From Octopus sinensis (Eukaryota), in NCBI RefSeq assembly GCF_006345805.1, contig NC_042997.1:2294001-2358000 (forward strand): a stretch of 64,000 nucleotides of DNA, read 5' to 3'. Under the pieces are notes generated by a model. It did not search any database. It was not told where the DNA came from and saw only the letters and a program-made list of their open reading frames with translations. Below, in pieces: positions 1-13,795 of this stretch (within the stretch, counting starts at the first letter, position 1; each line of letters starts with the position of its first letter). Both the position numbers and the translations under genes were made by a program.

Positions 1-54
1 CCTCAATGCATCCACAGACATTCAGTGCATGCATTTCAATATATATATATATAT

Positions 55-86
<32 letters not shown>

Positions 87-404
87 ATATACACATATGA
101 ACATTAAAGTTTGTTATTTCAATAAGTTCAGTTATTCTTTTGTCGGCAAAATATAATGAAATATCAGAAATAAACACGCATATATTTTTGAATATTCAAT
201 AATAACTTGCCTAAAGAGAGGAGAAAAGCATATCAAAAATTTGAAGACAACGAAGCTATATAATTTGATTGGTCTTCACCAGTTCTGCGGATAGGTCATA
301 TATTGATATTTTGGAATAGATTATAAATTTCGTGAGTGTGTGTGTGTATATGTGTGTGTATAATATAAGTGGAAATATGAATGTGTGTGTGCATGTATTG
401 ATAT

Positions 405-418
405 ATATATCTATATAT

Positions 419-488
<70 letters not shown>

Positions 489-522
489 TATATATAAGTA
501 TATATAAGTATATATGCATGTA
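405..522. repeat. (TA)n microsatellite
   Basis: Visible TA dinucleotide run with a few phase shifts; source of the YI-repeat ORFs 256..531 and 296..613. Confidence 0.97.
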
Positions 523-2436
523 TATGGTCATGAGAACAAAATTGTAGTATTGTGATGACTGTATGTGCTGCTTCGTAATATTTACCTTTTGTTGGTAATG
601 TTGTAACGCACATTAATAATAAATACTATTCGTTAATTCAAATAGAATTGTAGAGTTCAATCTTCCGATGTCCTCTCTATAGTATAAATGGAACAAAGAA
701 TAAATTACAGAATATATAGTAACAAGGAAAGAAGCGGAGAATAGAATATGAGATGGATCAAAGCAGCAATGTTGTCATATTAGAATTTATGTCGTAGTTA
801 GATGCTTTGCTGCCAACACTTTAGGATATAATGCGCATCAAAAAGGAAGCAATACGTGAAGCGTATATCGGAGAATAGAGAAATAACGTTAATGAAAGGA
901 GACGTGTGTACCAAATAGTTTATTGTATGTTATAAAGAATAACAGACCACAGTAATATTCGAAAGATTTAACATTCTATTAAATCCTAATTACAATTTTG
1001 AAACTTGTTCTGTATCTTTCTTTCACCTTATTGAAATTCAGACCTTTTCACCTCCATGAATATCACTGATATTAAATCCAATTCGACCAAGAATAAGTGT
1101 GATTAATTAAATATTTATATGCAAAGGGATTTGACTTCTAGATTGCATGTCGAATACATGCAGAGGTAAAATTTAATATTAATTGCATTCCACACAAGCG
1201 TTCACATATACAAGTCGATTAGATGTACAATCACTACAGCGGTATATACTCAACTATGGTGTTGTGCATTTATATACATAAATTAGTAGACATTTCTATA
1301 TATGTATAAATTGAACTCAGTTAACATAGTCATTGTTTATGTTATTGCATATATATTGTGAACTAGTGTAAAGAATTCACACATACTGAAAGATGATTGC
1401 ATATATTTCAGCACAATACTTACACACACAGATGAATAAATTTCAGTATTGATATTGCTTGCAGTTATTGCCTTGTATGTGACGGTGATCAAATGGAATC
1501 TATCCTCTTTTATTGGTGCTAATCAAATATGACAACAAATAAACTCACAGACACAGTTATTGAACTTCCCACGTCAGTAAAATATATTACAACTTCAGTT
1601 CTAGATTTCAATTGCAGACCCATAGAAACGTTTGTTATTGGTTTTGATTCTGAAAAACCTCAGCGGCTGTTTTTCATTGCTTCTCTGAAAGTATGTTGTT
1701 CATATAGAAAATTGGGAATTTCCAATTTTGTGATTGCTGAACAGTGATATAGGTTCATATAATAACAATGGTGTTATTTACTAAAGGTTATCTTTCAATC
1801 ATCGTCAAGATTATTATATTTACTATGTTGATTTATTTAGCTACGGTGAATTGAGGCTGATATGAGGATAGAACACAGTGGAACAATAATATTGAGGGGA
1901 AAAAAGCGATAGTTCCATCAAATGGAGAATTTTGACATGTCTGGTTCACAAATAATTTGTACAAAAACATAATTATATACAATGGAATATACAGTGGAAT
2001 AGAAAATGAATACAAAGTCATACACACACTTATGTCTTCTATCCAGCACAAAGCCACATATAAACATGGAAAGCACAAGCACACAAAGCGTCACATACAA
2101 AAATAGGCAAACACAGACATATCTACGCACACACACGATCGCGCTTATATATGTTGATATAATTGACAGTGATTTGGAATTTTTCCATTGGTGACTTACT
2201 CAACTCGGGGAACAAAGAATTCTTTCACAACAGAAAAACAGCAAATATTATTCTTTATACACCTATAGAAATATTTATTTATTCATCAGTTTCTATTTAT
2301 GTAGTTACGTTTTAAATTTATACACATACGCACGACACGCTCACACACACTTATATAAATTTCAGCAAAATTATACCTACGCGTATATAGCTATGTATAT
2401 ATTTCAACTATCACCTCCATGTGATTTATGAGCTTA

Positions 2437-2665
<229 letters not shown>

Positions 2666-5600
2666 TACACACACATATATTCATTTATGCATATATTTAA
2701 ATAAATATATCTATTTGTGTGTGTATACGTATGTATATTCAATATAATTTTTATCAATATTACTGCTGGTAATGATCTTGATATTATGCTCATAAATGAA
2801 ACTGAATGCATTATCGGGATATGCTAGTGAATAACATCAGATCTTAAATTTTTTTCACATGAGGATAGTTTTTAAAATTGTTAACCCTAATACAACTAGC
2901 AATAAGAGAAAATATCTGTGTGTGTATAAAACTATCTGGTTTAACCCTCCTCAAAACCTACGTATGGCATACTTTTTTTATGTAAAACTGTGTTTGTGTT
3001 TAGGATACAAGTAACCAAAAATATTAGATAATACGTACATGAATGTTTCCTACAGCGGTACTGTGAAGACAGTAAATTTATTTCCCTGCATAAATGGGAT
3101 AAATTACAAAATAATCACCCTAACATATGACTTCTTGCCAATGAAATTTTGTTAATATCAACTCATGCCAAATTGACGTGAATAGACTTGGTAAGATCTT
3201 GATATATTGCGCTATATTTCTTATAGGATTTCCAACATAAATTAGCGTTCAAGCATTTACTCATCTTGAGAAAATAAACTCTCGCTCTGTTTCACATGAT
3301 GTCTGCATATAGAAAGCTGACGCTACAATAATTATTTAAGCACCATGATTGTTGGTAGAAAATGTTGATTATTTTCCCCAGAGCATGAGGATAAATCAAC
3401 CTCTTTACTTGTACCATATATTTGTAACCTCATCTATGCTTTAACCTCACATATCCTTTGCAACCTTACCTTGTGAAGTGAGTGATGACTTGATTTCAAA
3501 ATGCGTTCCTGGAAACTCGTTTAGTGTACCTGTACAGTGAATATATTGACATGATGTGGCATCGTGGATAAAAATTCTGCTATACCACCTCATGCTTTCA
3601 GTCTCAAATCCATTGACTGGTAATTTGGGCAGTGCCTTCTGAGACAATCGTCTTGATTTCTTCATGCTTCTGACTTGCTCTCCAGTAAGCTATTTGCTTC
3701 AATAATATTGTTACATATTGTTCCATTTTCAACATCACATTCCTGCTTATACAATACCATAACAACATACAATGATGGTTATTTGCACCCAACGTTACCG
3801 TTGTTAAGCCATAAACGCTCATATCTATAGATAAGTATTCGAGTTTCGATTTCCAATCCCGGTGGCTCTAAAATAAATCTAATTCACTAAATAAGTGTTA
3901 TCAGTAGACTACTACTACTTGATCAGAAAATCAGGCATGCCAACAAGACTATAAACGTTGATGCGGTATAGTGAAAGGAGATGACTCAACAGAAGCGTGT
4001 AGTTGAAGTATTTCTCTGTGATCGTTACCACTTGGACTCTGTAGAGTTGTCTAAAGAAAGTAGAACTTTCCCTGCCATAAACTGAGTCACAGTGGGGCTT
4101 GACACTTGAACGAAAAATTCTGGGGAGAACATGTGAGTAATGATCAATGAAAGCTTTCTTTCTTATTATGCGTTCCAGGTAACGCACAACGCAAGAGGTT
4201 TGGAGCATCTCTGTACAACGTGAAATACATTTTGACTGGATCTACTGAAATACTGGAATGTCAATCGAAATACACTCACAAAAGTTCAGATAACATGCAG
4301 GACACAAAACGTAGCAAATATCTGCCTGAGCAAGATAAATTTCTTGAGGCTAAAGCAGCTCTGGGAAACAGCTTTTTCTCTACATCTATTTGGTAGTGGC
4401 CATAATCACATCACTCCGCCCAGAGCTGTTTCTTGCATCCAGAAGCCAAAAATATAAAGAAAAACAAATATCAAAAACGTTTAAGTCACTCGTGTCCCTA
4501 CAGGTCGCACTGGATATTTCACCCTAACTGAAGAAAACAAATTGTAGAATAAATAGCAGTCTTCGATTGATAAGAATCAGGGTAAAGTATGGCCTACTTC
4601 CACATCAATGTTGCCAATAAGATTTTTTTTGTTTGTATTAATATTATCAGTTTCCTGTAAATTATTTTTCTGGTGAATTATTTGCTCCGTATTGAAATTA
4701 TTTCACAGTGGTAGGAGTCAAGGCAAAACGTATCAGTTGCAGTAGATTTCTACGCGGCGGTTTGGGGCTCTCCAATCATGGTAACGCGTGCTGAGGAAGG
4801 TAGGGCTACTAAACCAGTCCACGTGAGTCAAAATACTTGAATGTATGTTGAGAGATTATCTTAGCCCGTTTGCATTCGGACGGTTAAATTCTGTAGTTAT
4901 TATTAGTGTATTTTGGCGACATAAATAAACGTTTTGGCTCTTACTTCCAGCAACTAGACATATTTAGCATGTCCTTTCATTAATTTTAATCTTTCAGCTA
5001 CACACACACGCGCACGCGCACAAACATACACACACACAAACACACACATGTATATAGTGGTCAGTTATAATCAGGGCAGATCTCAAGGGAATACATACTG
5101 GCGACTGGACTGCCGACTGATCTGTAGACTACCGTGTCATACAGGCTTAAAACAAGAACAAAGCCATTTTTATACAAGCACAGTCACACACACAAAAACA
5201 CACGCACACACACACACACGCACAAAAACACACGCACATACACTCGCACACACGTACGTACAAATATATACACAAGCATACATGAGAAGCACCCACGCTC
5301 ACAAATGAATAAAAACTCATGATGGATAAGTGTCAGCTCTTTATAGCTATTTCTTACGTAACTTTTAATGAAAAATGAGAAACATTACATCATTTTAAAA
5401 TGCCGTAATCATCAGATGAGAGCGTAATTTTTAGAGAACGATGGGGGATCCCAGGTGTATATCCATCCAAATTTTAATATCACAGCCTCCCCTTAACATT
5501 CTATAGTTTATCATTGGACTAATCCATATGACTGACGTCTCTTGATATGCAATCTAATATATTTGTTCCTCTAACACCATAATAGGCCTAGTTCATTATA

Positions 5601-6196
5601 TAACTACACCCGATTTTAAATTTATACTACAAAATTTTAAGTTCTCAATTTCTATCCTCTTACGTTACGTTCTACTTTATTATAACTTTAACGGCAGTAC
5701 TCACCCCTCTATCTTTCCCCTCCAGTAACCACTGTATACCCCTAATTTTCTGGGATACGTTTCACCATTAGATAGGGATTTCTGTACTCCGACCTTACTC
5801 TGAATCGGCTCGCATATTGTTATTCTATTGTTTATTTTCATGTGTTTACATCTGCATTTATTTTGCTTCACCATTTTAAAAAATTTCCTTTTAACCTACG
5901 TCGAGTCATTTATCTTTTATCTCCTTTGCCGTTAATATTTTTTAAGACCTCTTGTAACCATCACCATTCTTGCTCTACCATAAATTATCTTCAAAAATAC
6001 GCTCAAACCTACCCTTGCTCTAGTCCAACAGACTCCTCTCTCGGGGGCACTGACCTTAGTTATCATACTAAACTCTTTTAAGAACTACATTTTAACGGTT
6101 AGCCTCGGTGGTGATTTCCATTTCATAGCTCGGTTTTGAAAGACACATCTCTGCTGAAATTTTTAGGATACCCCTTCGTTCTGTGAAAACTACGTT

Positions 6197-6606
6197 CTCG
6201 TAGCTGTGTTGTAAGTAGTTTGCTTTCCAACCACATGGTTCTGGGTTCATTCCCACTGCGTGGCAACTTGGACAAGTGTCTTCTACTTTAGCATCGAGTC
6301 GACCAGAGCCTTGTGAGCGAATTTGGTAGACGGAAACTGAAAGAAGCCGGTCGTATATATGTATATTTATATATGTGTGTGTATACGTTTGTGCGTCTGC
6401 GTTTGTCCCCCCAACATCACTTGACAACCGATGGTGGTGTGTTTGCATCCCAGTAACTTAGCGGTTCAGCAAAAGAGACCAATAGAATAAGTACTCGGCT
6501 TGCAAAGAATAAGTCCCGGGGCCGATTTGCTCGATTAAAGGTGGTGCTCCAGCATGACCGAAGTCAAATAACCGAGACTAGTAAAACAGTAAAAATAGTA
6601 AAAGAG
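6197..6606 (+). mobile_element. tRNA-derived SINE, family A (octopus CORE-type, OR2-like), full length
   Basis: tRNA-like head (gctgtgttgtaag ... ggttcattccc), CORE-like acttggacaagtgtcttctactttagc, internal TA/TG microsatellite, 3' half ending ggtggtgctccagcatgaccgaagtcaaat and a (GTAAAANA)n tail; aligns by eye with copies at 18.9, 39.9, 43.7 and 55.7 kb. The family name is from recollection. Confidence 0.85.
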
Positions 6607-6983
6607 TATCTGATGATTACGGCCTTTTAAAATGATGTATTGATTCTCATTCTACATTAAAAGCTACGTAAGAAACAGTTGTAAGAATCTAACACTTAAC
6701 TATTACGCGTTTTTATTCATTTCATTATAATACACGAAGTGAAATTACTAGTCGGACATCCTACAGTATACCAACAACGTTCTACTCAAAGTATAACGTA
6801 AGGTGAGCAAGCACCTTAGGCGATAAATACTCACAGTCTTGTTTTTATCTGTGTACAAAACCGAAATATCCTACAACATATCTCGACTCCAACCAACTGG
6901 TGCATACCTTTCAAGTAACTGACTCTATCGGAATCCTCTTTTTAATTATTATGTATACGCATACACATATAGATATATATTAA

Positions 6984-8040
6984 TTGTTTGAGTCATTTGA
7001 CTACGGCCATCATCATCATCCTCATCATTGTTCGACTGTGGTCGAGACAATGAAATTTACCATGCTACGCCAGACTTCACGGTCCATCATGGCATTACGG
7101 ATGTCCTGTTGCTGGATGCCTGTATGTCTGGAGATTACATCAGGGTAGGAGAGTGTGCGCCCTCTGGTATTGCGAGTAGATGGCTTCCAGAGGAGAAGAG
7201 TAGAAATTACCTCTTTTTCAGCTCTACAACAATGTCCAGCAAACTGGACTCTCTTACCTTTCACAAGAAATGACATTGGTGGTAGTTTCCCATATATTTG
7301 CATTTTGGTTGGATGGCACTTACACAAGAGATTTTGAGCTCTCATAAGGAGGCGAGTGTAGGTTCCATCCAACCGCCTCTCAAGCTTCTTTGATAACGTC
7401 CAGGTTTCTGAGCCATATAGTAGAATTGGTTCGACTGTGGTTTTGAAGATTTCAAGTTTGAAGTCTCTACTTAGATTTGATGACCAGATCTTATGCATGT
7501 CATTACAGGCTGACCAGGCCATACCCTTTCTAGTCCGAAAGTCTTTTCCAGATGAATAGATGTATGACCCAATATATTTGTAATCAGAAACCATATTTAA
7601 GGGCGCATTGTTGAGAGTATGAATGATGCAATCACTGTTGGACAGGCACTTGTTTATGTATTCAGTCGTGGCCTCATTGAGGTAAAGACCTACAAAATTT
7701 GAGGCTTGTTCAGGAGATTGTAAAAGAGACTGGGCATTGGAGAGAGAATCACTGATAAGAGCGATGTCGTCAGCAAAGTCAGTGTCTGTCAAGTACTCAG
7801 CTGGGTGTCTGGAACTTCTTCTTGGTTTTATTTCAAAGCCCTTGCCAGAGATGGTATCAACTGACATACGTAGCACATAATAAACAACAACTACGGCCAT
7901 ACTGGAGCACTCCTTGAAGTGTTTTTGTCGAACTATTCGACTAAAGAACTTATATTCACCCGAAGTACATATTCCGTCAGTCACTTGCCAAACCGCTATG
8001 TTTGGGCACGTAAACACATCAGCACCGGTTGTAAGGCGAA
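6984..8040 (-). mobile_element. SINE family A 3' half, split by the RTE insertion
   Basis: 6984-7010 (tgtttgagtcatttgactacggccat) and 7890-8040 (actacggccatactggagcac ... gtaaacacatcagcaccggttg) rejoin into a sequence collinear with the copy at 39945-40140. Confidence 0.85.
7011..7889 (-). mobile_element. 5'-truncated RTE-clade non-LTR retrotransposon (RT C-terminal half, frame intact)
   Basis: Stop-free frame with YLTDTDFADDIAL, YKYIGSYI, LLYGSETWTL, QFAGHCCR and DREVWRS motifs; (TGA)n-like tail at 7011-7027; exact 11-bp TSD ACTACGGCCAT at 7000-7010 and 7890-7900. Confidence 0.95.
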
Positions 8041-9526
8041 TTTTCTTTTCATCTTGCTTTTGTCGTCATTATTGTTATTGTTGATGTTGTTCAGTATCAC
8101 ACATTTCCGTTTTCCTGCGGAACTCAGTTGGAAATGTTATAACCAGCTTCGTTAGTAACAGTTCGGGTTGCTTTTCTAATTTATTTTTGTTATGTCCTTG
8201 CTTAAAGTTAGTTTTATTAATACAATGCTTTACAGTTTGATTTTAAAGCTAATGTTTGCAAACTTGAATATAACAGTGAAAAGTAAAAGGGAGCATTGCC
8301 ATTCATCACTCCTTTTGGCAACCCATTATCATCCCGCTTTTCTTGAGCTCCTTTTTTCCATTGCACCCAGAGGATGGCGGCGAACGGTACCACACACTTT
8401 CGGAAGCACTGATGTAAATCATACACAGTTGATCTGTATTTTTTGAATATCACATGCTAGAGATATCGTTCTTAAAACTAACTCAGTTCATGCACTGAAT
8501 TCAAGGCAAAATATTTTCAAAAATATGCGATTTTAATACTTACTTTCATGAGTGCTATGCACGTAAAAATATTTAAAGTAATCAATAAAAAAATATTCAA
8601 ATATTTTCAATATAGTTTTCATTTTATAAATATATTTCTACAAATTTCTAATATAGAATATGTCACGAGGTGAAAGTATGTTATTTATAGGATTGTAAGC
8701 ACTCCCATTATATCGAAAAATACATATTTTATTACTTAAATGACCTCACCGCCATACAAACATTTGCACTGCGCTATTTTGTAAATTGAATTACATGCCT
8801 ACAAGAGAAATACGTAGTAAATAGATCAGAGTAAATTTATCACGCTTACGTTTTTGCATCATATTTCCATATGTAGCACAAGCGCACACCAAAGCGCTGG
8901 TAATGTAACTGGGAACTACAGTATCACACATGGCTATAATCAAATTTCTTCTGCACTGATAACTTGATTACAATGCACTATCAACTACTTTTTCGCGGTG
9001 GTTTAATTTTCACATACATCTAAAATATAATTTATTTTCCTGTCGAATATGGAATGTTTATACTGAGTTGGAATTTTAAACTCTATACAATATTTTATCT
9101 AAAGAAAATTGAGTATCATAGGGATTCTTTATATTACCTCAATGATTGTTTGATTAATTTCATTCTGATTAATAAGTCAATCTCAAAATTAGACATTTCC
9201 ATATTCAACGGTATTTATTAGCAACCTGGATTTTTCACTATATCATTGTACATCATACACACTAGCCAACGTCTTTAAGGTTAGAAACAAATATTAGTTC
9301 ACAACATTGACGAAATTCAGATAAAACTCTGAAGAACCCCAGATTAAGTTTGTATAACAGCTGGGGCGCATCAAACCAACAGCGAAGAGATTGATTCACA
9401 TAGATTTACAATATGGAATATTCTAAGAGCCTGTTACTTTCTCGATCCGATTATTCTTCAATTACTAACAACTCTGAAGATTTAATTCTCAATATCAGTC
9501 CTCTGGAAGTATATTCTATTCACTAA

Positions 9527-9714
9527 GGCGGCAATCGACAGAAACGATAGCAAGCCAGGCGAAATGCTTAGCGGTATTTCGTCAGTCTTTGCATTCTGAG
9601 TTCAAATTAGACCGAGGTCGACATTGCATTTCATTCTTTTGGAGTCGAGAAATTAACTACCAGTTGCATACTGGCCCTTCCCCAAAACATTGTGCCTAGA
9701 GTATAAAAGAATAT
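9527..9714 (+). mobile_element. tRNA-derived SINE, family B
   Basis: ggcggcaatcgacagaaacgatagc head, B-box-like gagttcaaatt, conserved gaaatgcttagcggtatttcg; homologous to 30601 (+) and 49208 (-). Confidence 0.8.
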
Positions 9715-10787
9715 CTTCCTTTCACTGGCACTCTTGAATTTATTAAATTGCTGTTGTCTTAAATGAACAACTACTGCTATTTCTTCTGACTGTAAAAGCT
9801 AAAATCACAGACAAATCCTCTTGACCAGTATAGTAAATGAAAGTTAACATGCACTTATCTTCTACTATATATTAACATAAAATTGGAAACATATTTGCAT
9901 TAAACGGAACATTTCTGTTCAGGTTTTCTCTTCCAATGCATATGATGTAAGTTAAGATACATCGGCTTATTTCCCAAGAAACATTGTCATATCTTAACGT
10001 TATTCCTTAAAAAAAAAAATTCAGCAAAAAGGATGTTTGCTTAACATATTGTCACGTTGCGTAAGAAAGGCCCTGTATCACTTTTTCAGAAATATAAGAA
10101 TATATTTGATATAGGTAAGGAAGGAAGCAAGGCATATATGTATTCAATTCTACTATCCTCCTCTTACTAAAAAGAAAAAAAAGCAAGAAATGAATGAAGA
10201 TATTGAAGTGGAAAGTGTGTTACTGCATTAAACTTTAGAAATTGTATTCGAAATGCATTCGAGGAAAATGGTAGCAATTATATTGAAGCAATTGCATTTC
10301 AATACGGAAAATGTCAAGGTGAAGGAGCAAAAACCTCCCGACTGATCATTTGATATTTAACTGGTGGAGTTGTTTTCGTGTATCAAGATGTATTTATGAT
10401 TTTATTCAATTTCTATGTTCGAATATCTTCAATCTTTGATCTTAAAGATCATTGCAATGGAAGTATGATAGTATCTTGATATTCGTCTAAGGTTTGAACT
10501 TAGGTTATTATACCAATGCAGGAAACTATAATTGCACAAAATTTTGCTTCCAAAATTTTAAATTCATTTGAAATACTCATTCTGATATATGAGAATATTT
10601 TATTTGTAAATTACGTCGTAAACATAATCTAACCAGCAAAATCACCGAGGTTACGTTTAGATTTGCAGTGATTCATTTCGAAATGGTTATGATGTTTTTA
10701 CATTCATAAATATATATATGAGTGTATAAGTGCGTATATATGTGTGTGAGCATATACATACATACACACACACATACACACAGACAC

Positions 10788-10829
<42 letters not shown>

Positions 10830-11074
10830 GGGTTGAAAAAGGATTAGAGATCTATACATGTCAAAATTTTATATATAAAAGATGGAGGTGAAAATAGCAC
10901 GTAAGTAGATCTAAGACATTTCATTTTAAGAAGGAATGTAATTGAATGATTTAAAAATTATATAAAGACAATATTACCGATTTCGATAATGAATCACATC
11001 TTAAAAAATATCAGTAAAAGTTTTTAAACATTCGAAATAAAAACAGTTTATCTTCTGTCTGGGCTCAAAATATA

Positions 11075-11100
11075 TCATATATATGTATGTATATATATAT

Positions 11101-11153
<53 letters not shown>

Positions 11154-11165
11154 TATATATATATA
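11075..11165. repeat. (TA)n microsatellite
   Basis: Visible repeat. Confidence 0.95.
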
Positions 11166-12879
11166 ACAGAGAGTATTATGTGTGTGTCTGCGTGTGTTCC
11201 TTATACATTCCAAAACCAAGTTGCAGATTTTCACGTATAGGGTGCCACAAGATTCAGTACTATTTCCACTACCAACAAAACTTTATCGTCATGGACATAT
11301 TTTAATTACACAAATCAAGAATTATAATCTTTGCCATAAATTAACTATCGTAAACGTTTTCTACATGAATCTGTACCTTAAAATACATCGATCATCACGA
11401 CATATACCTTCACTCACTCAATCTATCTCCATCTCTCTCTTGCTGCCTCTCTCGCACACATGCAGATGCACATCCATTTCATATTCACGTTCATACATCT
11501 TTCACTTTATGCTCTCTCTCTCCTCTTTTCACATTCTCTTTCTTTCAATTTCTGCTCTCTTAAAAATATTTTTTAAAAAATCCGGAATGACCGAGAAAAA
11601 CAGATAATGAGAAAATAACAAGGAGACAAGAGAAAATAAGAGAGAATGAAAACAAACTTCTATAGGAGAAGTTGAAAGACAGATAGCGAGTGAGAAACAG
11701 ATGCTGATGTTTTATATAGTTGAAACTGAAAGATATCCAGCACAAAGTTGATGCTGTATGTTCTATGGGTGAAAGGAAAAGAAAGCCGGCACAAAGAAAG
11801 GGGAGTCTGGGGAGAATTAGACGTTATCGCTTTCTTTCAATTTCTCATTTTAATGTACGGAAATCTTATGCTGTCAACAAGTCACAACTTCCACTAATTA
11901 ATTGGAATTAAGAAAGGTATTCAAAAATAACTTCCATTGACACCCACACGCTTGGAGTTAATGTTCTGTATGAATTATGTTATTTCTTGCTGTGCGCTAA
12001 ATTACAGTTCAAATCCTATCGAAATTATCTTTTCCTATTCTGTCATTTCTGTTTGTGATGCGCGTATTTCAAAACTTGATCTTTCATTTAAACTTACAGG
12101 GAAGTTATCTCAGAAATCCTGTCCTTTACCTGGTATTTCTATCATGTCCGAGATAACATTTGCTTACCCCCATCCTTCTTTCTTTCCTGAATTTACTCAC
12201 ATTCCTATATTTTCCATACACGTGATTTGCATTTCTCCCAAAAGCAGGTAACTGATGGGTGGCTGAGATGGGTAAGGGGCATTCAATATTTCTTTCAGAA
12301 AATTTAAACTTTCAAAAACAAATTATGTTTCCCACATTCGTAATATCTGTATTTTTCCTCATGGATAAAAAATAAAATTCGAAAAATAGTTAAAATTTAG
12401 TAAAATTCGGTGGGGAGGTGGGGGAGAAACTAGCTTTGAAAACTAGGTTTCTGGTCAAAATCATATTAGCTCCTTTGTATTCGACGAAACACTACATAGT
12501 TTTTGACCCTTCTCAAGAACATAAATCACTTTCATGAAGATTCACTTCACGTCTGGAAAACAATAACTTCCATTACGCCAGTAATCCACTCCACTATGTA
12601 TCAGCTAACATAATGCATTACGCTTATCAACACAGAACATAGCCAAATCATAAAGGATTTACTGCTTCTTCTCATAATAACGGCATACGAATTGACATAT
12701 GAATTTTTCCTCATCTCTTCATTCGGTACTAAAACACGAAATTATACAATTCACAATTTCATATTGCTATGTCTTCCATTGTATATGCTCCTTAATCGTT
12801 CACTCTTTCAGCCATACCACCAACACGAACATATTCTAGTTTATCTCCACAAACAAGGGCCGCAAACAAAATTGCATCT

Positions 12880-13795
12880 ATTCGTGCCCAAGTAGGTGCA
12901 TTTTGCATAGAGAAATCGGCTCTGTGATATGATCCTAATTTAGGTCACAGTAAAGAACCTGGTTTAAGAGTATGCGGGATACTGCATCTGTGCAGGTTCT
13001 GTGGGGCAAAGAAGTTTACGTGTGAAAGTCCTGGAATGTATTGCTCTGGAGGCAAGGCTCAGATCCGTTTTACAATCTCCTCTACAACAATTACTCGAAT
13101 TGCTAGATGGGTGTACTGCAGAATCAAAGGACTTCCTCCCCATCATTCGACACTGTAATTCTGCTTTTCAGATTACAAATTTTGGCGCACTAAACAAATA
13201 GCAAAAGAAAGTTTCAGACGACATTCGGTCGCTTCTACCATCCAGTGATGGTAGAAATTCTGTAAATTTACTTTATGGGAACAATCAGCAGCACTTAAGG
13301 AGATGCTGTCAGATATTAACAACTTTGCATGAGGACATTGTTTCTGCTCTGCCAATCTTTTTTTTTCCTTTGGCCCACAATAATCTGATTCAAATTTGCA
13401 GTAGAACGGACACGAAGTTCATTTGACTTCACACTGGCCATAAGTGCTGACAAAAAAGCTCGTTGGGCAGCACTGAGGTCGATACAATGCACTTGCAGGG
13501 GATTTTCGTCAAATATTACGTGTCATACCACGGGTTACGCGAGCTGATGAGATCTATGCGTGGCTGAAATATTCAAATCTGCGGAGGTCTGTTCGTCAGC
13601 TTTCATTAAAGAAAAATATGCGAGCTCATGTCTACAACGAACCCTTATCCGAGAAATCTTATCATCAACTTCTACACACTGGAAATTGCGCCTTACCATC
13701 GAATAACACCTTGCAGCAGCATGTACTTCAATTTGGGCACATGGTGTATAAATTTGCCGAGCTTAAAGGAATTTGAAGAATTTCTCAACCTACAG
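12880..13795 (+). pseudogene. Helitron RepHel relic (N-terminal Cys region fused to a PIF1-like helicase segment)
   Basis: Hand translation across frameshifts: CRFCGAKKFTCESPGMYCSGGK, LLELLDGCTAESKDFLPIIRHCNSAFQITNFGA, IGSLLP, QIYFMGN, GRYNA, then LAGDFRQILRVIPRVTRADEI ... LSLKKNMRAH; these match Helitron RepHel motifs as I know them. Confidence 0.85.

Noticed and set aside
4355-4431. 10-13 bp inverted repeat CAGCTCTGGG/CCCAGAGCTG as a pre-miRNA
   Set aside because: Stem too short and the 53-nt loop is largely unpaired.
7890-8017. N-terminal ~43 aa of the 330-aa RT ORF
   Set aside because: Lies outside the TSD and aligns with SINE sequence; not part of the RT.
8374-8412. gaggATGGCGGCGAAC start (MAANGT...) as a first exon
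   Set aside because: Stop after 12 codons and only a weak donor (G|GTACCA).
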